Below, in pieces: positions 1 to 15,500 of a stretch of DNA of 64,000 nucleotides. How positions within the stretch are numbered: position 1 is the first letter of the stretch; the number at the start of each line of letters is the position of its first letter. A program made the position numbers and the translations under genes. A model generated the notes under the pieces. The model saw only the letters and a list, made by a program, of their open reading frames with translations. It had not been told where the DNA came from and made no database searches. The DNA is from Azolla caroliniana (taxonomy: Eukaryota; Plantae; Polypodiophyta): the NCBI GenBank assembly GCA_043228905.1, contig JBHGNT010000005.1:7750001-7814000 (forward strand). Direction: 5' to 3'.

Positions 1-526
1 AACACAAATTTAGGGTAAATTGTTGATTAAAAAGCTTAGTTCTTTTTAAGAAACTATTCATACAAGTTTACAACTTTTGTCTATAGAAGGCACACATTTA
101 ATGCTTGGTGTAAGAAATTTCATACACATTATACCCATAGGCTATAGGTTTAAAAATTTTATCATTTTATACCCATAGGCCTGAGCTTTGAAAATGATAA
201 GTATGAATTTTGTATTATTATTAGAAACAATGAATCAAATTGGATCTTGGATAGCTACTATTCAATTTGATTACCTCCTTATCCGGTAGTTTGAAAGCTA
301 ATTCTTTTCAAAGAACCTATTTAGCAGTTTATTGCGCACCTCTATTTGGATGTACAATGTGGAGCAAAAAAGATAGCGTTTATATTGCTCACGCAATTGG
401 GGAGGCCTATATTTCTTTGAATAAAATTTGATGGAGTGTCATCTCTAGTGAATCATTATTGTAATTTTGTAAGTTATGACTACCATATATCTTGCGCCTT
501 AACATTGATTAACTACTTATTAACAG

Positions 527-3500
527 ATGGCAGAATTACTTGAAAACATTATAGAGAAAAAGGAGGTTCATATGTTGCCAATTAAGGGGATTTTTTTGGA
601 CAATATTCAACCAATCTATCTTCGTTTATCTGTAAGATTAAGTAATAGAATTCCATTATTTTGGTTGATCATCTATTGCTTTATTATAATTGCTCTTATT
701 AACACCTATGAAAACTGTTTTAATAAATCAAATTTACCATTGTCATTGCAACGAAGCTCTATATAAGGACAAAAATAAAGCTAATCTCTTTGAGTCTCCT
801 TTCTAAAGAGTTACATATGTACATGCCTAAGTAAGAGAATGTTTGATGCAAGGTTCACTTGCCACCTTGGTGATACAACTCAACCTAAACCATGACCATG
901 ATATGAAAAAATCTTGTAGACAAAATGATCATTTTATATGAAAGTCACTCACCTTATAAGACCCGTCCACACACCAAAAAACATCATAAAGATATAGTTC
1001 TTCCATGATTTTTTCCCGATCAATTCTTATTACTGTGCATGACTAATATTTCATTATTGTCTTTGATTAGACTTCATTAGATATTTTGTCTTTCATTTTT
1101 CTTCTATAACAGGGTTTATACTGTAGTTGGAGGGCTCACGATGAGTTCCTTTTTTATGATCAATGTGGTATATTTAATCGTTTCCATAGGTTGATTAAAG
1201 GAGTGATGGTACAAAAGTTTCTCTCTCTATAGTTCCCCTAGATTTTGACGCACAAGGAAAGGATTGTTTGTTATTTGGATGCATAACATGTTTAAATACA
1301 CAAAATCCATGGTGTGACAATCCAAACGTATGTTTTGTTCATGTACTTTATGATTGGTTAGCCTCTTAGTGTCATATTGGTAGTTACGTGCTATAAGTGG
1401 TTTTTTGATTTTGTATCTTAGTGACATATATGTAAAAAAGACCTACATGAACGAATGAAGGAGTTTTGTGTTGATGCTTGCATAAGGACTCAAGTTTTGG
1501 GACGAATCAAGCCCACTTGTTGTGTACATTCCACTTTAGATTATGCCAATGGTGCATATTTTGAAAAGAAAAGCAACAAAAATACTTAAGAGTAGTAAAA
1601 ATATTGATAAATTACATTACACATCATCATATATTAGATGCAATAAACGTTTGATGAAGGTAGATATTCACGAGTTCTTTCTTTCTTGATCGATTGCTTG
1701 TCTACTTTTGCTAGTGTCAACTCATCTTCCATCTACACTTTTCCCAATTTGTGAGGGTATTTTGCATGTCACAAACCCCATATGTACTTGATTGTTGTTA
1801 ACAATCGGCAATGATTTGGTGCGGTTTGAGTGTTAGAATCGAACCCTTTAAAAATTGAAACTTGAACTGAACCGAACTTAACCACGAAACCGTTGAACTG
1901 AACAGTTAAAAAAATTCAAACTGATAAACCGTAAAAATAGGTATTCATGGTTCAGTTTCAATTTTCAACTAAGGTCAAATTTTAAAATTTAAAATATTTC
2001 ATTATTTTAAATTTTAAAATTTAAAAATTATAACGATTTTCCTAATATGTGAGAATAAGGCTTGAAAATGAAAAGATTGTTTAAAAACAATTTTTTTTTT
2101 AAAATTGTAGAAAATTATAAATAATAAATAATAATAAACCACTAAACCGTTTTAACCATTAAGTTGTTAAACCACGGTTCGGTTCAGTTCAAACCGAACT
2201 GTTATCGACTGTTAATTGTTGCTTGAAGTTGACTTCTTGGTCAATGCCCCAACTCTTCTTTCTCGACATTTCCTTAGTCTTTGTTATTGTTGGTGTAACC
2301 ACCTTTCATTCAACTATCCTATTCATTTGCAAGCTTTTATCAATAAGCTAAATATATTTGTGAGAAGATAAATGAATGTACTTTTTTCTTAGGTGTAGTA
2401 CATACAACATCTCATTGGAAATATTAATTAAATAAAGTCACAAGGCAACATCATTCATAAATATGACTCATATTTGGTACTACAAAAATTTTCTTATATA
2501 TGTTGGGGCATATGTTATTTTTTTCACTAGGACAACATGATGAAATCAAGAGAGAAGTCATACTCAAAATGGAGCAACTATGATGACTTCAACGAGTGCT
2601 TCTGGTATGCAATCTCCCACGTCAAATCAGGTCGATTTCGAAATCTTGTTGTCACTATTACGGAAACTTGGTACTAGTTTTACTAATACTTTGTTGTGTA
2701 CTACGTACGGTTGAACGAAGGTCATCATCGTGTCTTCAGCTCGAGTGGCCATGGCCATCCTCACCAAATTCTCCGAGTGTAAGAGCAATCTGTATTTAAA
2801 GTAGATGTGGCATTATGGGCGCGCATGCATTTGTTTGTTTTGTCCATGGTTCGAGATGGAGGTCGAGTTTCCGTGTATGAAGAAATTGAAGGTGCCTCGG
2901 CGCAATGGGATGGCGATGTTTGGTGTTTTGGAGAGTGTTCTATTTTTTCGTTCAAAGGAAAGAAATAATATATATGAAGGGGATTTTGTTGTTGCCATTG
3001 GAATCGCTCTTCTTCCATTCCATGTACATATGATATGTATGCATGGAAGTGTGGAACAGAAGAAACAGTGGTCTCTCAAATAGACGCCGTTCCCATGGCC
3101 CTTGTGGCCACTTTGCAGGCTCTGCAGAGCGTAGTCTCGAAACCATCTAGTGGTAGATTTTCTCCCTGCTGTCGTAGGATGCCACTCAATGTAGAAGGCC
3201 AGCAAGCAACCTTATGTTTTGACGCCTCTCTACATTGCAGAGAGTTAAAGAAAGGGTGAGATACGGAGGCTTTCCATGAGAGTAATCGATAAGGATGCTT
3301 CTGAAAGTTTGATAGACTTAATAATGTGCGGATATGCAATCAATGATTCCCGGTGCGAATAGTAAGTTGTCGTCGTTCATCAGCGAGGATTAATGATTTG
3401 TTGGCTAATTGTATGTGCAAAGGGGTCCAAAATGATGTACTATTATCTTCTCGTGCCTGCACCATCATCATCTGAGGGTTTGATTTAGCATGGAAATTCA

Positions 3501-6500
3501 TGATAAAATTATCATTCACTTTTAGTTAATATCTCTCGATATTTTCTTTTGACAAAAATTTCCAGAATTTTGTCAAAATTTACTGATATCACCCGATAAG
3601 ACACTAAAATTACTTTGATTTTGTTTTCTTGCTTACTCACAGCTGTTTTTTTGTCTTATGATCGGAACTACTTGCCATATTGTTGTCCAGGGTGAAAGAG
3701 GGTACCAAAATCACGTACAAGTGTTAAGCAAAAAGAACTCATTTGTTGAGCACAGAACCTACTTACACTTGTACCACAGTTTTCATCGACTTTGGATATT
3801 GCTTATTTTGGCATTTCAGGTTTGATGCCCCAACCCAACTTCGCTGCTTGGCATACAGTAACAACGTTTTCTTTTTGATGAATTGTTCTAAGTATGACAT
3901 TTGTGTTCCTCACTACTACTGTACTTCTATTGGTTTGGACTTGGAATAATCAGGTGTTGGTGGTTGTGGCATTTTCCAACCATTTGAGTCTTGACAAAGT
4001 GAAACTGTTGTTAAGTGTTGGTCCGACATACTTTTTGATGATGTTTATCAAGTGTATGTTCTAGACAAGTATAATTGGTTTTTGATTCAGTCTTCAAATA
4101 AATGCTCATTATTCCATATTGTGAAACTCTCCGTTTGCAGCTGCTCTAGACCTGTATATGATGCTTGGAGCATTTGCACATGCACAAAGCATAGCCAAAA
4201 TCAGAATTATCTTCCATCTTCTCTGGTTTGGAGGCTGCTCTGTAACAGTTTGCTATCTATATTTGTAAGTGTTGGTTACACTTAGCATAGAAAAGCATGG
4301 ACCAGGATATTGTATAAAATTACTTGTGCTCATCCCTAAAACAAATAATAGAAACGAAAAGAAAACTAATATCTGGGAAGGGAAAGAACACTTTCTCAAT
4401 GATTTAGTGTACAATCTTCATGCAATGTTCTTTCTTTGTAAAAGAGACATTTCTATGGAGTTTGAGAATGTCGGCAGCATCATGAGAAACTATGATCTGT
4501 TTAAACTGTCTCTATTAATGCATTCACCTGACTTTGTGGGAATTATTGAGTGAATCATTAAGATTGGACAATTTGCAGGTTACTTCTAATGGAAGAGGGA
4601 AAACTTCTCCTTGGTACTTCAGTCAGGAATTTATATACTATCCTGCTTGTGATATATATAGTTTGCCATATTCTGGCAAATATACTACTGAGGGTATCCA
4701 CTTTTCGATTTTGGATGAGAACATGTGATCATTGGGGGTTTGCAAGATTGATCAAGTGGCTGCATAAAGTAAAATATTCTTTATTTTGAGTAGTCTTTTA
4801 AGGTATATAATAAGAAAATACATATTAATTAGATCAAAATCCTTTCAGGAACACTATTATATTGGGCGAAGACTTTATGAAGAAACATCCAGTTATATAA
4901 TGTAAACATCTCAAAATATAGTTTCTCTTAGTATAAGAACGGAAAGAATATTGAGCATTATCCAAAATGAGTGAATTTATATTGCAATGCTATCAGATAT
5001 GCTCTGTTTTGGATGGTGGTTCTATCCTTCAAGTTTATTTTCAGCTACTTTTTCCAGGTAAGAACACATTAAAGTGATATGAAAAAGGTGTCTTTTATGC
5101 ATCCCATTGATACTTTACATTAAATACAGATAGAAAGCGTTGTAAAAAAATGGATATTAAAGGCATGCCATAGCTTCTGAATACTGTGGGTTTACCATTA
5201 TCTCGTGTTAGTGGGGCCTGGAGTTTGCTGTATCCATTGGCATTTGTTATATGTCCTATTCTAGTCATCAATTAATAAGATGAAGTTGGGAGGTAAACAA
5301 TTATAGGCCTTCCAGGTAACAATCGGCAACGGTTCGGTTTGAGAGGGTCCAAACCGAACCGTTAAATTTTTTTGAAACCTGAACCAAACCGAACCGAACC
5401 GCGAAACCGTTCAACATTTTTCAAACCGTTAAACCATTGGAAGCTTTTTCCTTGTCATGATACATGATGGCAATATTGCTTTGATGAGGTTGTGTTGTTT
5501 CTTGGCAAAATTTAGACAGCATGACATGCCCCACTATTGTGCTTTGTTATTGAAAGATGCATCTCTAAGGCCTAGTCCATCAATTATGCTATGTTATTGG
5601 AATTTTGTGCGTAGGGTCACACAAAAACATTTTTGCAGCCACTTTTCTACAACAGTCAATAAATTTGGAGTCAGATCAAGTTCTTGAGAGATAGAAACAA
5701 TCGAATCCTTTCCAATATCTGAATAGCATCCAGTTTTGTCTTTGGATTTGACTAGGGTTGCAACAGCTGGGCTTATGTTATGAAACAATGGAGAGAGGGT
5801 GCTAGACCATAATAATGAGATGCTGTCTTATTATTCTGTTCAATGATGAAATTCAATCTCATGGCCATATAAATATTCTGTTCAATATGATCTAATATGT
5901 TACCCCTTAGCCTGGATGTGACAGTTCTTATCTGTTGAGTCTAGGTTTTGCTGTTTTTCTGAATGGGAGAGTTATTTTTCTTGCTATCTAATCATGTCCC
6001 TTCTCTAAAGTTTCGATCAGCAGTATAAGCAATCAGTGTTGTAATATTGTCAATTTGGAATAGAAACTCAGACAGTGCTCTAAAATAAGAAATTTGCCTT
6101 CGTAAATGGTAAATACTTTGAGTGTATACATAAACTTCAGCTGCCAATAATTTGTATGTGGTATTGGTGCATCCTTCTAAATGTTTTTTGTTTTGTGTCT
6201 AGATCAAGCCATTGGTGGAACCTTCAATTAACATTGCTCATTATAAGGGGTTCATTTACCTTTGGCATGATTTTGTCTCAAAGGGTATGCTTCTTGATTT
6301 ATAATATTATATTCTACATCATAAAATAATAGTGGTTGTAGATAATAAAATAATAGTGGACACTTCAGACAGAGTTTGTAACTTGAGAGTCCAGACAGTA
6401 CTTTAGGTTAGTAAGGTTAGAAACAATAGCATTATCAGGTAGGCAGGCAGACACGAGATGGTCAACATATAGGAAACGAAATTTTATTTTAACATCTTTA

Positions 6501-9500
6501 GAAGCCCAACTGACCTAGGAGACCAAAACTTACGTCCATGTGAACGTTCTAGATGTTTTGCAAAGGCAAATTAAATTGTATCTAAAACAGTAAGTATCTA
6601 TATGTGACAAGGCTGTGATCAAAGCACATTGATATAGGGATCATGAATACAAGTAGTGTGGATGATACACTATACAAAATAAATATATATCTGGGAGAGG
6701 TAGAATGTCAGAGGATCAGCCAATGTACTCTCTCATATGATTATGCATATGACATCTATGTTCTCTGTAGTGGACCAATTGGGCAATTGTGCTTGATATT
6801 GGGCAATATATTATGTACCCTCCAATGTAGGTAACGTCTTCTATGGATGATAGGAAACCAAATCAAGTGCACGGTCAATCAAGATCCTTTTATGAGGTTC
6901 TGGCTGTTCGTGCTTGAAATCCCTTAGAATGTATTCCAAGATGTTTGACATCTGCCCTTTTAGTCCTCAGCATAGACTCTAAATTTATGGATTTCTAGCA
7001 AGAACAATGACCCAGGAGAATGGGTGAATCCCTGCCTAAAAGAGTTTTCTTGAATCTTGCAGTGAAATCGACAATGGCATATGTAGAAACTGTTTTGTAT
7101 AGCATGTATAAGATATCCTTTTCTCTGGGGAATCTATGCACTCTATGAATCCGTCTTCCAAGGGTTTGTCAGAGGCGGTGGCTAGCACCATCAGAGTGAA
7201 GCAAGGATGCCCACTATCACCCACTCTCTTCGGTCTCTATATAGATGAGGTATCACATTACATAGAGATTCGGGGGTTCAGGAGCATGCCTAGCACAAGT
7301 ATAGCTATACAAATATTACTATATGCTGATGATATTTTGTTTATTTCTGACTCTCGGGAGGGACTACAAAGACATCTAAATGCCTTAAAACTATTTTGTA
7401 CGCACAAAGGTTTGTTGATAAACATGGATAAAACTAAAGTGATGGTGTTTAACACCACTCAAGCATGGGTAACAAGATCAAAACCGGAAAACTATTTTGT
7501 ACTAACAAAGGTTTGTTGATAAACATGGATAAAACTAAAGTGATGGTGTTTAACACCACTCAAGCATGGGTAACAAGATCAAAACCGGAATTCTTCATGG
7601 GAGAGGAAAAGGTGGAATACACATGCCTAGGTTCTCCTTACAGGAGGCTGCTTGTGCCTGACTTTCTCGTGGATATGCAACCCTTGGTGCTCTGGAGAGA
7701 CAATGTGCACATTTGCAGTTCCAAGAGCTACGAACGAAGCTGTGGTTATTTGATACACTTGTCACACCAACTCTTATCTATGGAGTAGAAATGTGGGAAC
7801 TGAGTCTTAACAAGGCAAATCATTGGAAAGATTTAGAGAGACCTTTAGTGTCAATGATTGCCCACATGATAAGGAGCAAAGCTTCGGTATAATTTGGGCA
7901 GAAATGGGAGCAGCACCTATCATTACGGAGGCATAGTTCTGATTAGTGACATTTATACGACACTATTGTAACCAAGTTTAAGTGTCTCAGTTGAGAATCC
8001 ACTGTTGTAGCCCCTTGGTTGACTGGTAGCACGAGGAATGGTGTGGCTAAAGAAAGTCAATAGTTATTTTTTGTTGATGACCTGTTGTGGTTGTATTGTT
8101 GTCCAACAACTTCTCTTTATGTCTCTTAAAATACATTAATATATCTTTCTTTTTTTCTTTCTATAGTTCTAGCAAGAGCAGTTCTAACTTGAGAATCTCA
8201 CATGTGCCGAAAACTAGTTTCCCTCGTCTCTTTTTATCTTATTTACTTTTATATTTATGGAGTAATATTTATTTTATTTTGATTTGTTGATTTGTTGCTC
8301 TCAAAGACGAGACAACACTTAAGATGTAATCTCTTGTTTGGTCTTATAGGCCATTTTGGCCTCTTAGAAGACGTTAACATATCTTTCTTTCTTTCTTTCT
8401 ATTCCATGATCTGGCATAGTGGGTCAAAGCCTTGTTTGGGGAGGCAATTGATCTCCTTATTTCATAAAAAACGCTGCATTGGCAAGATGATGACTAGGGT
8501 GATGAGGGCATGTGCAGATGGTCGTAGCCTAGATGCACAACATATTGCTATTCTGTGATCTATTGTAAACACCATTTGAGTGCCTCATCAAGCCCCACTT
8601 GTGTAGTCCTTGATTGACTAGTAGCATGAGGAGTGATGGAGCTGAAGAAAGCTGCGATTGTTCTCTATTGATGAGATATTGTGGATGTATTGTAGTTTGT
8701 CAACAATTTCTCTATATGTCTCTTAAATTCTAGCAAGGACAATCCCAAGCACAGTTGTTCTTCATATTCCATCACCTTGCATAGTGGACAAAAACCAAAT
8801 ATTGTAACTTGCTAATCAACCTTGTCCTAGGGATTGTGGCAAAAAGGTTGCAAACATACTTGAATCAACAACCAATGTTCCTCTTATGGGTTCTACCCTG
8901 TTCAATTATATAGGGTGAATATATGAGTAGAGAATCTCCTTTTGAAATCTATGGACTACAAGTGACCAACAATTGTAATGCGATAGCCAGCTTTCAAGGC
9001 AGGCTCCCTTCACTTGACTATAGGCAGGATCTTGGTTGTACTACCTGAACGTGCCTATAGTCAAGTCAGAAGGATCAAAATTACACACCACCTCAATGAG
9101 ATTTTTGTCAAAGTTTCACTGCTGGTAAACATTTCTAGATCCTTAGATGTATCATTAAACATTTAAGACATTGTGAACAATAGTGACTATCTAAATAATT
9201 AATTAATTGTTCAAACTATTAATCTTCTATTTGCTGTATATGCAGGTAATCACAATGCTCTGACTATTTTAACTCTATGGGCTCCTATTATTTTGGTAAA
9301 CCCTTTTTTCTCATGGTGTTCATATACTTATGCCACAAATTTACTTTTGACATTTGAAGCGAAGATAAACTGAATCATAAGAAATTGAAACACAAACTGA
9401 AATAGGGGAAAGAATGGACAAGTTAGGCAAAAATTGTAGAAGAAGACCAAATTGCACAGATCAAAATTGATACTACCATTCTTTGTAAAGTAAGGAGAAA

Positions 9501-12500
9501 ATTCTCCCTCTTCCTCTCAAGATGGAATAATAAAATTGGAGACCATGTTAATAGACAATATAGAGGCTGCACATATAGTGGTCAACACACGTTTATATAG
9601 TGCTTTCTTTTTTTCTCTAGGTGTTTATAGCTCCATCATTTCTATATTTCTCATCTTCATGCTGCTTACATTTCTGCTAGGTCAACAAAGGATCTATGCA
9701 CATGAACTTCTTATTGTTAATCAGACTTTTTAACACATTAGCCAAGTTGTCTTTAGTATGCATTTTATGTATATCCACACTTTATTCTTCTACCGTCTTA
9801 TGAACGAAGTTATACTGAACTCATGCATGTTTTATCCTCGAGTGAAATGCTGGATTATTATCTTCCATGTGGGAAGCACTCTGGCAACCACAGAATAGAG
9901 GAATCTTCTCGTGTTTGTGTCTGAACCCTTCTGTTAGTTTTTACCACCAGATTGCCTCTTTGCTAGCTTGTGTACTGCAACATATTCTGCCTCCAACAAA
10001 GTAGTCACAATAGCTCACAGTTTTGAAAGCACACTTACATAAACTGTTGTGGTCTTTATTATTTTCAAGATAACTTGCAAATTCTTTATCAATATAGCCA
10101 ATGACAATAAATTCTTATCCTCCATAACATAATGTGGCATTTAAGGTACCATTACCTTTGGCTTATCAAGGATCCTCTTTACAGAGGATTGATGATGTAT
10201 TGAATACTGCCTCCATTGCCCATGCGGTGTCTAACCTTGTACATACGTTAGCAAACATTAAGCTACCCATTGCTGATGTATAGTGTACTCAATACATTTC
10301 TGTGCTTTTTGCTTCTTTTTGAGGACTCATACATGAGGATATCTCAAAATTTATTGAAAGATGGGCAGAAATTGTATTATTCTTGAATGATGAAGAATTG
10401 CAAGATTTTCTTCAAGCAGTTATCTTGAGAAAGCTAAATCATCATGATGTTTCCATCTTAGTAAATTTGCATTCCTATAATCTTGTTTCCTGGTTCGAAG
10501 TCCTTCATTTCAAACTCCTTAGCCGTTGTGCTATCAAGTCTTTAATATGTTGGGGCTTGCTACCAACATGTTGTCAACATACAACAGAAGAACAATAAAT
10601 CATCACCAACTCTCCTTTTGTAAGTACCAAAATGCAAACTGAGATGTATGTATCCAAGGCTCATGATGAAAGATGGATAGCATGATTGGAATAAAACAAG
10701 GATTCCCACTATCTCCTACTCGCTTCAGGTTTTATATAGATGATATATCTAATTAAAAGCACCAAAATGCAAACTGAGATGTGTGTATCCAAGGCTCATG
10801 ATGAAAGATGGATAGTATGATTGGAATAAAACAAGGATTCCCACTATCTCCCACTCGCTTCAGGTTTTATATAGATGATATATCTAATTACATAGAAAGA
10901 GAAAGAAAGATTGAAAGGTGTATTAACGTCTTTTAATCGGCCAAACAAGAGATTTACATCGTAAATATTATCTCATCTTTGAGAAGGACAAATCAAAACA
11001 AATAAATGCTACTACGTAAAAAAAAGAAGTAAATAAGATAAAAAGAGACTAAAGAATCTTGTTATCTATGCATGTAAGATTCTCAAGTCAGAAAGAAAGA
11101 TATAGACGTCTTTTAAGAGGCCAAAATGGCCTAGAAGATGAAACAAATGATTACATTTTTAAGTGTTGTTTCATCTTTGAGAACTACAAATCAAAATAAA
11201 ATAAATGTTACTAAGCAAAGACAAAATCAGATAAAAGAGTTCCAAGAATCTTCTAATCGGCACAGGTTGTCTCAAGTTAGATATATTGTCACTTGTCTTG
11301 GAAAGATCTCTAGCATAGGTCGATCCAGAATGGAGAGGTCTCCAAAGCGCAAGAAGCACTTGCAATGGAGGGAGGAAATGGCGTTTATCTGTTGATGACA
11401 AGGGTGATGAGATCGTGGTCCATGGGATGGGGGCCTATGTGCGCGACTAATTGTTATTGCCCGATCTATTGTAACCCTTCACTATGTCCTGGTTGGGAGC
11501 CCATTTGTGTAGCCCTTGATTGACTTGTAGCAACAGTAGGAGTGATGGGGCTAAAGAAGAAAGAAAGAAAGAAAGATATATTAACGACTTTTAAGAGGCC
11601 AAAATGGCCTATAAGACCAAACAAGAGATTGCATCTTAAGTGTTGTCTCGTCTTTGAGAACAACAAAAAAGAAGAAGAAGTAAATAATACTCCGTAAATA
11701 TAAAAGTATATAAGATAAAAAGAGACGAGGGAATCTGGTTTTCAGCACATGTGAGATTCTCAAGTTAGGTGTATTGTCGCTTTTGTCTTCGAAAGATTTC
11801 TAGCATAGGTCAATCCAAAATGGAAAGGTCTTCGAAGCGAGGGAAGCACCTGCGATGGTGGCAGATAATGGCTTTTATCTGTCGATGACAAGGGTGTCGA
11901 GGTCGTGATCCATGGGGCCGAGGCCTACGTGCACGGCAAATTGCTATTGCCCGATCAACTGTAACCCCTTTGTTATGTCCTGGTCGGGAGCCCATTTGTG
12001 TATCCCGTGATTGACAACAACTTTTCTCGATGTCTCTTGAGCTCTAGCAAGAAAAGTCCTAGGCACCGTTGGTCCTCATATTCTATTACCGTGCGTAGTA
12101 AAGAGGCAATGGCATCTCCCTCTGATTTCATAAAAGACACTACAGTAACAAACATAGTGTTCTTCGGATTGCAAATTCTCTCTTCTTTCTTCTTCTTCTA
12201 GAGGTAGTCGGGTATATCTGCCTACCTCGATCTGTAACTGATGTGATGAAGTTCGTCGCTGCCCTATCACACTACGCAGTACATAGGATAGATGCATGTC
12301 CATATAAGGTGGCCTAATGATGAATCCATCCTCCAATGTGTGTAAGAAGTGTTTTATTGTGGGCCATCTTCGTACCAAGTGATATTTTGGGGCTGATCCA
12401 TGTTATCTTGTTTTCCAAGTTAATAATATCAGTTCGGATCACTCTATTCTTTTCCACTTTGGTCACATTTAGATGGGGACAGTCCAAGCTATATTGGAAC

Positions 12501-15500
12501 GGGGGTAGTGCATCTATACTCATGCCACGTGACTTGAACCATTGCTGCATTTCAGCATACCAACAATAAATGTCTCCATTTTTAGCCAGTTGTCTTGACG
12601 ATGAACTACCTTGGGTACCTTTGTTTAGGGAGCTCCCAAAGACGTCGTATAAATGTCACTGATAAAAACTATGCCTCGGTAATGATAGGTGCTGCTCCCA
12701 TCTCTGCCTGGACTATACTGATGCTTTGCTCCTTATCATGTGGGCAATCATTGACACTAAAGGTCTCTCTAAATCTTTCCAATGATTTGCCTTGTTAAGA
12801 CTCAGTTCCCACATTTCTACTTCATAGAGAAGAGTTGCTGTGACAAGTGTATCAAATAACCATAGCTTAGTTCGTGGCCCTTGGAACTGCAAATGTGCAC
12901 ATTGTCTCTTGAAAGCACCAAGGGCTGCATATCCACGAGAAAGTCGGGCACAAGCAGCCTCCCATAAGGAGAACCTAGGCCCTGCAAATATTACTCCTAG
13001 GCATGTGTAGGTGTGTGTGTATTCCACCTTTTCGTCTCCCAAGACGAATTCCGGTTCTGATCTAGTTAACCATGCTTGAGTGGTGTTAAACACCATCACT
13101 TTAGTTTTATCCATGTTGATTGATAAACATCTGTCCGTACAAAATAGTTTTAAGGCATTTAGATGTCTTTGTAGTCCCTCCAGAGAGTCAGAAATCAGCA
13201 CAATATCATCAGCATATAGTAATATTTGTATAGCTACACCTGCTAGGCGTACTCCCAAACCCCCAAATCTCTCTATGTAATGTGATACCTCATCTATATA
13301 GAGACCGAAGAGAGTGGGTGATAGTGGGCATCCTTTTGGATTGTGCTAGCCACCGCCTCTGGCAAACCCTTGGAAGATCACACTTTTCCTGACACAGATT
13401 CATAGAGTGCATAGATTACCCATTGCATATCTGTAGGAACACGAAGGGCTTCTAGGCGCTGCATATGCCGAGCACGTGGCACAGTGTCAATAAGGGCCCA
13501 CAGGGTGAGTATGTGATCCAAAGTTGTGAACCCCTTCCGAAAGCCTGCCTATCCAACTGAATGGCAGCCATTCCGCTCTGCCCATATACTCAATTCTGAT
13601 TCTAGAATCGAGCCATATAGTTTAGTCAAGTAATGGCCAATCATGATTGTCCTATAATTGCTTGGCATCATGGGGCCTCCACTCTTCAGGAATGGAACAA
13701 TGGTATGCTGAGTCCATCTAGTAGGGAAACCTTCACACATGGCTCTATTGAAGATGTCTGCTAGCAATGGGAGCAAGGTGTCACGGGCATAGATAAAGTG
13801 CTCATCCACCAATCCATCATGATCTTGGGACTTCCCAAATTGTAGCTGATCAATGACATTTCTTACGTTTTGTGGAGTAAAAAAGGTTGATTCATGTGGG
13901 CATGAGCCATATGGGTGGGGAAAAGGAGGTTGCCCCGGGATGTCATATAGAACCTTTGCATATTCATGCCACACCTGAGGTGAGGTCAGTTGTGTGGTAG
14001 GTTGCCTCTCATTAAACATTTTCCATACTCTTTTACTTTCTTGTCCTAGAAATAAGCGATACAAATGATCTTCAAATTTAGCCAAATACAATCTCTTCTT
14101 CTTCCTTACAAGGCGTTGGAAGGTTGCTCTCGCTTGTTTGTGTGTATAAATGCCCCGAGTTACATCACGTTGCAAGCATCTCCTTATGTCACGACATTCC
14201 TCATCATACCAACTATTTTGTATTACTCTACCAAGTTTGGGGGGATTGGCTGTTGTGTGAGGAAAGGCATTTTTGGCTGCTTTATGCAATGATTTTGACA
14301 ATCCTTGGGTAAGTTCTTCAAGGGGTGCGAAAGGATCCAAATCGAGGATGCCATTGTATACACCACAACTATACACACAATTGTCTCGCGAGTAAATAGA
14401 TACTTAGCCAGCCCACTCTCCTTAGCATATACATCCTTTGTGCATCTATCATAGTTATTATCTTTTGTAGATTTGATAATATCACTTAAGGTATGCTTAA
14501 GGTACATTCTTTGTGGTGAGGCTCGTTTACTCCAATGACTTTGGTCATGTGTGGCTTGGGCTCATTACAACTCCAGGAGTCTGTAGGATGCTTCTACCCT
14601 AATATCAACCGCATGAGAGGAAAGAAGGCATTATTCCACGTATCTTGGGAGTATTCTCGCATTCCTTTTATAGGTCTCAAATTCTCCCCATGTTTGATTG
14701 GACACTCTGGTCGTTGATTCATTCGTCATGGATCCTCAATGCTCACGTAGATCACACTGAGATATGATTTGTGTGGTACTTGTAAATATTGATTTTGTAT
14801 AACCAGGGTTTGGCCATTTGCCATTTCCGAATTTTTTGTAGCTAATTTTCTTAGTGAAAATTAGGAATTTCTAATTTCCTTTGGATATCCATATTATATT
14901 TAAATCATTAGTAGATTTTGCCTTCTCCTCTTTTAAAGGGTTCTTCTCTTCATTCAAACTAGTGGAAACAAGTTTAGTTTTTTATTTCAGCTTTCATTTT
15001 TTCTTTGTGTTCTCAGGGAGTGTGGTTTTTACGATTGATTGGTCATGTATCATGTTTGTCTTATGTGGACTCATGTTTGCCTCCTGATTTCTTTCTTTTG
15101 TTCTTTCTTATAATGTTGCTTTGTATCTTTTTTATTAATCATACTTTATTTGAATTTGCTCATCCTGAAAAGCAGCAATGCTGATTAATCTTAATGATGG
15201 GGCTTAGAAACATTTTTTTCATATTGTTAATTTGAAGCCTTGTACTAAAACAAGAAAACCTAATACCCACACGTTTGAGAGTATCTCAAGGGTTTATAGT
15301 GTAGAGATTTTGCTTCTAGGTGCACTTCTCTTGGTTTCTAGCTTTATTACATCTATGCTACAACCCATTGTGATCAGGCACTGTCTAGTATGACCATCTG
15401 ATGGTGTTACAGGGTATAACCTTGCTTCTTTGATTTTCTATGCAGATATATTTAGTTGACATTCAAATCTGGTATACATTAGTTGCATCTATTCTAGGAA

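Noticed and set aside
328-468. Possible further callose synthase exon (AG..GTAAGT bounded)
   Set aside because: All three frames contain stops and the expected WGEAANxRFxPEC motif is absent.
527-529. ATG at 527 as the callose synthase start codon
   Set aside because: It directly follows an acceptor (TAACAG|ATG) and corresponds to an internal Met-initial exon of GSL8/10-type genes; the N-terminal exons should lie upstream of the window.
1850-2210. AACCGAACCG-type repeats as CRISPR or satellite (also at 5340 and 30570)
   Set aside because: No regular repeat-spacer period; these are subterminal motifs of TIR-bounded MITEs in eukaryotic DNA.
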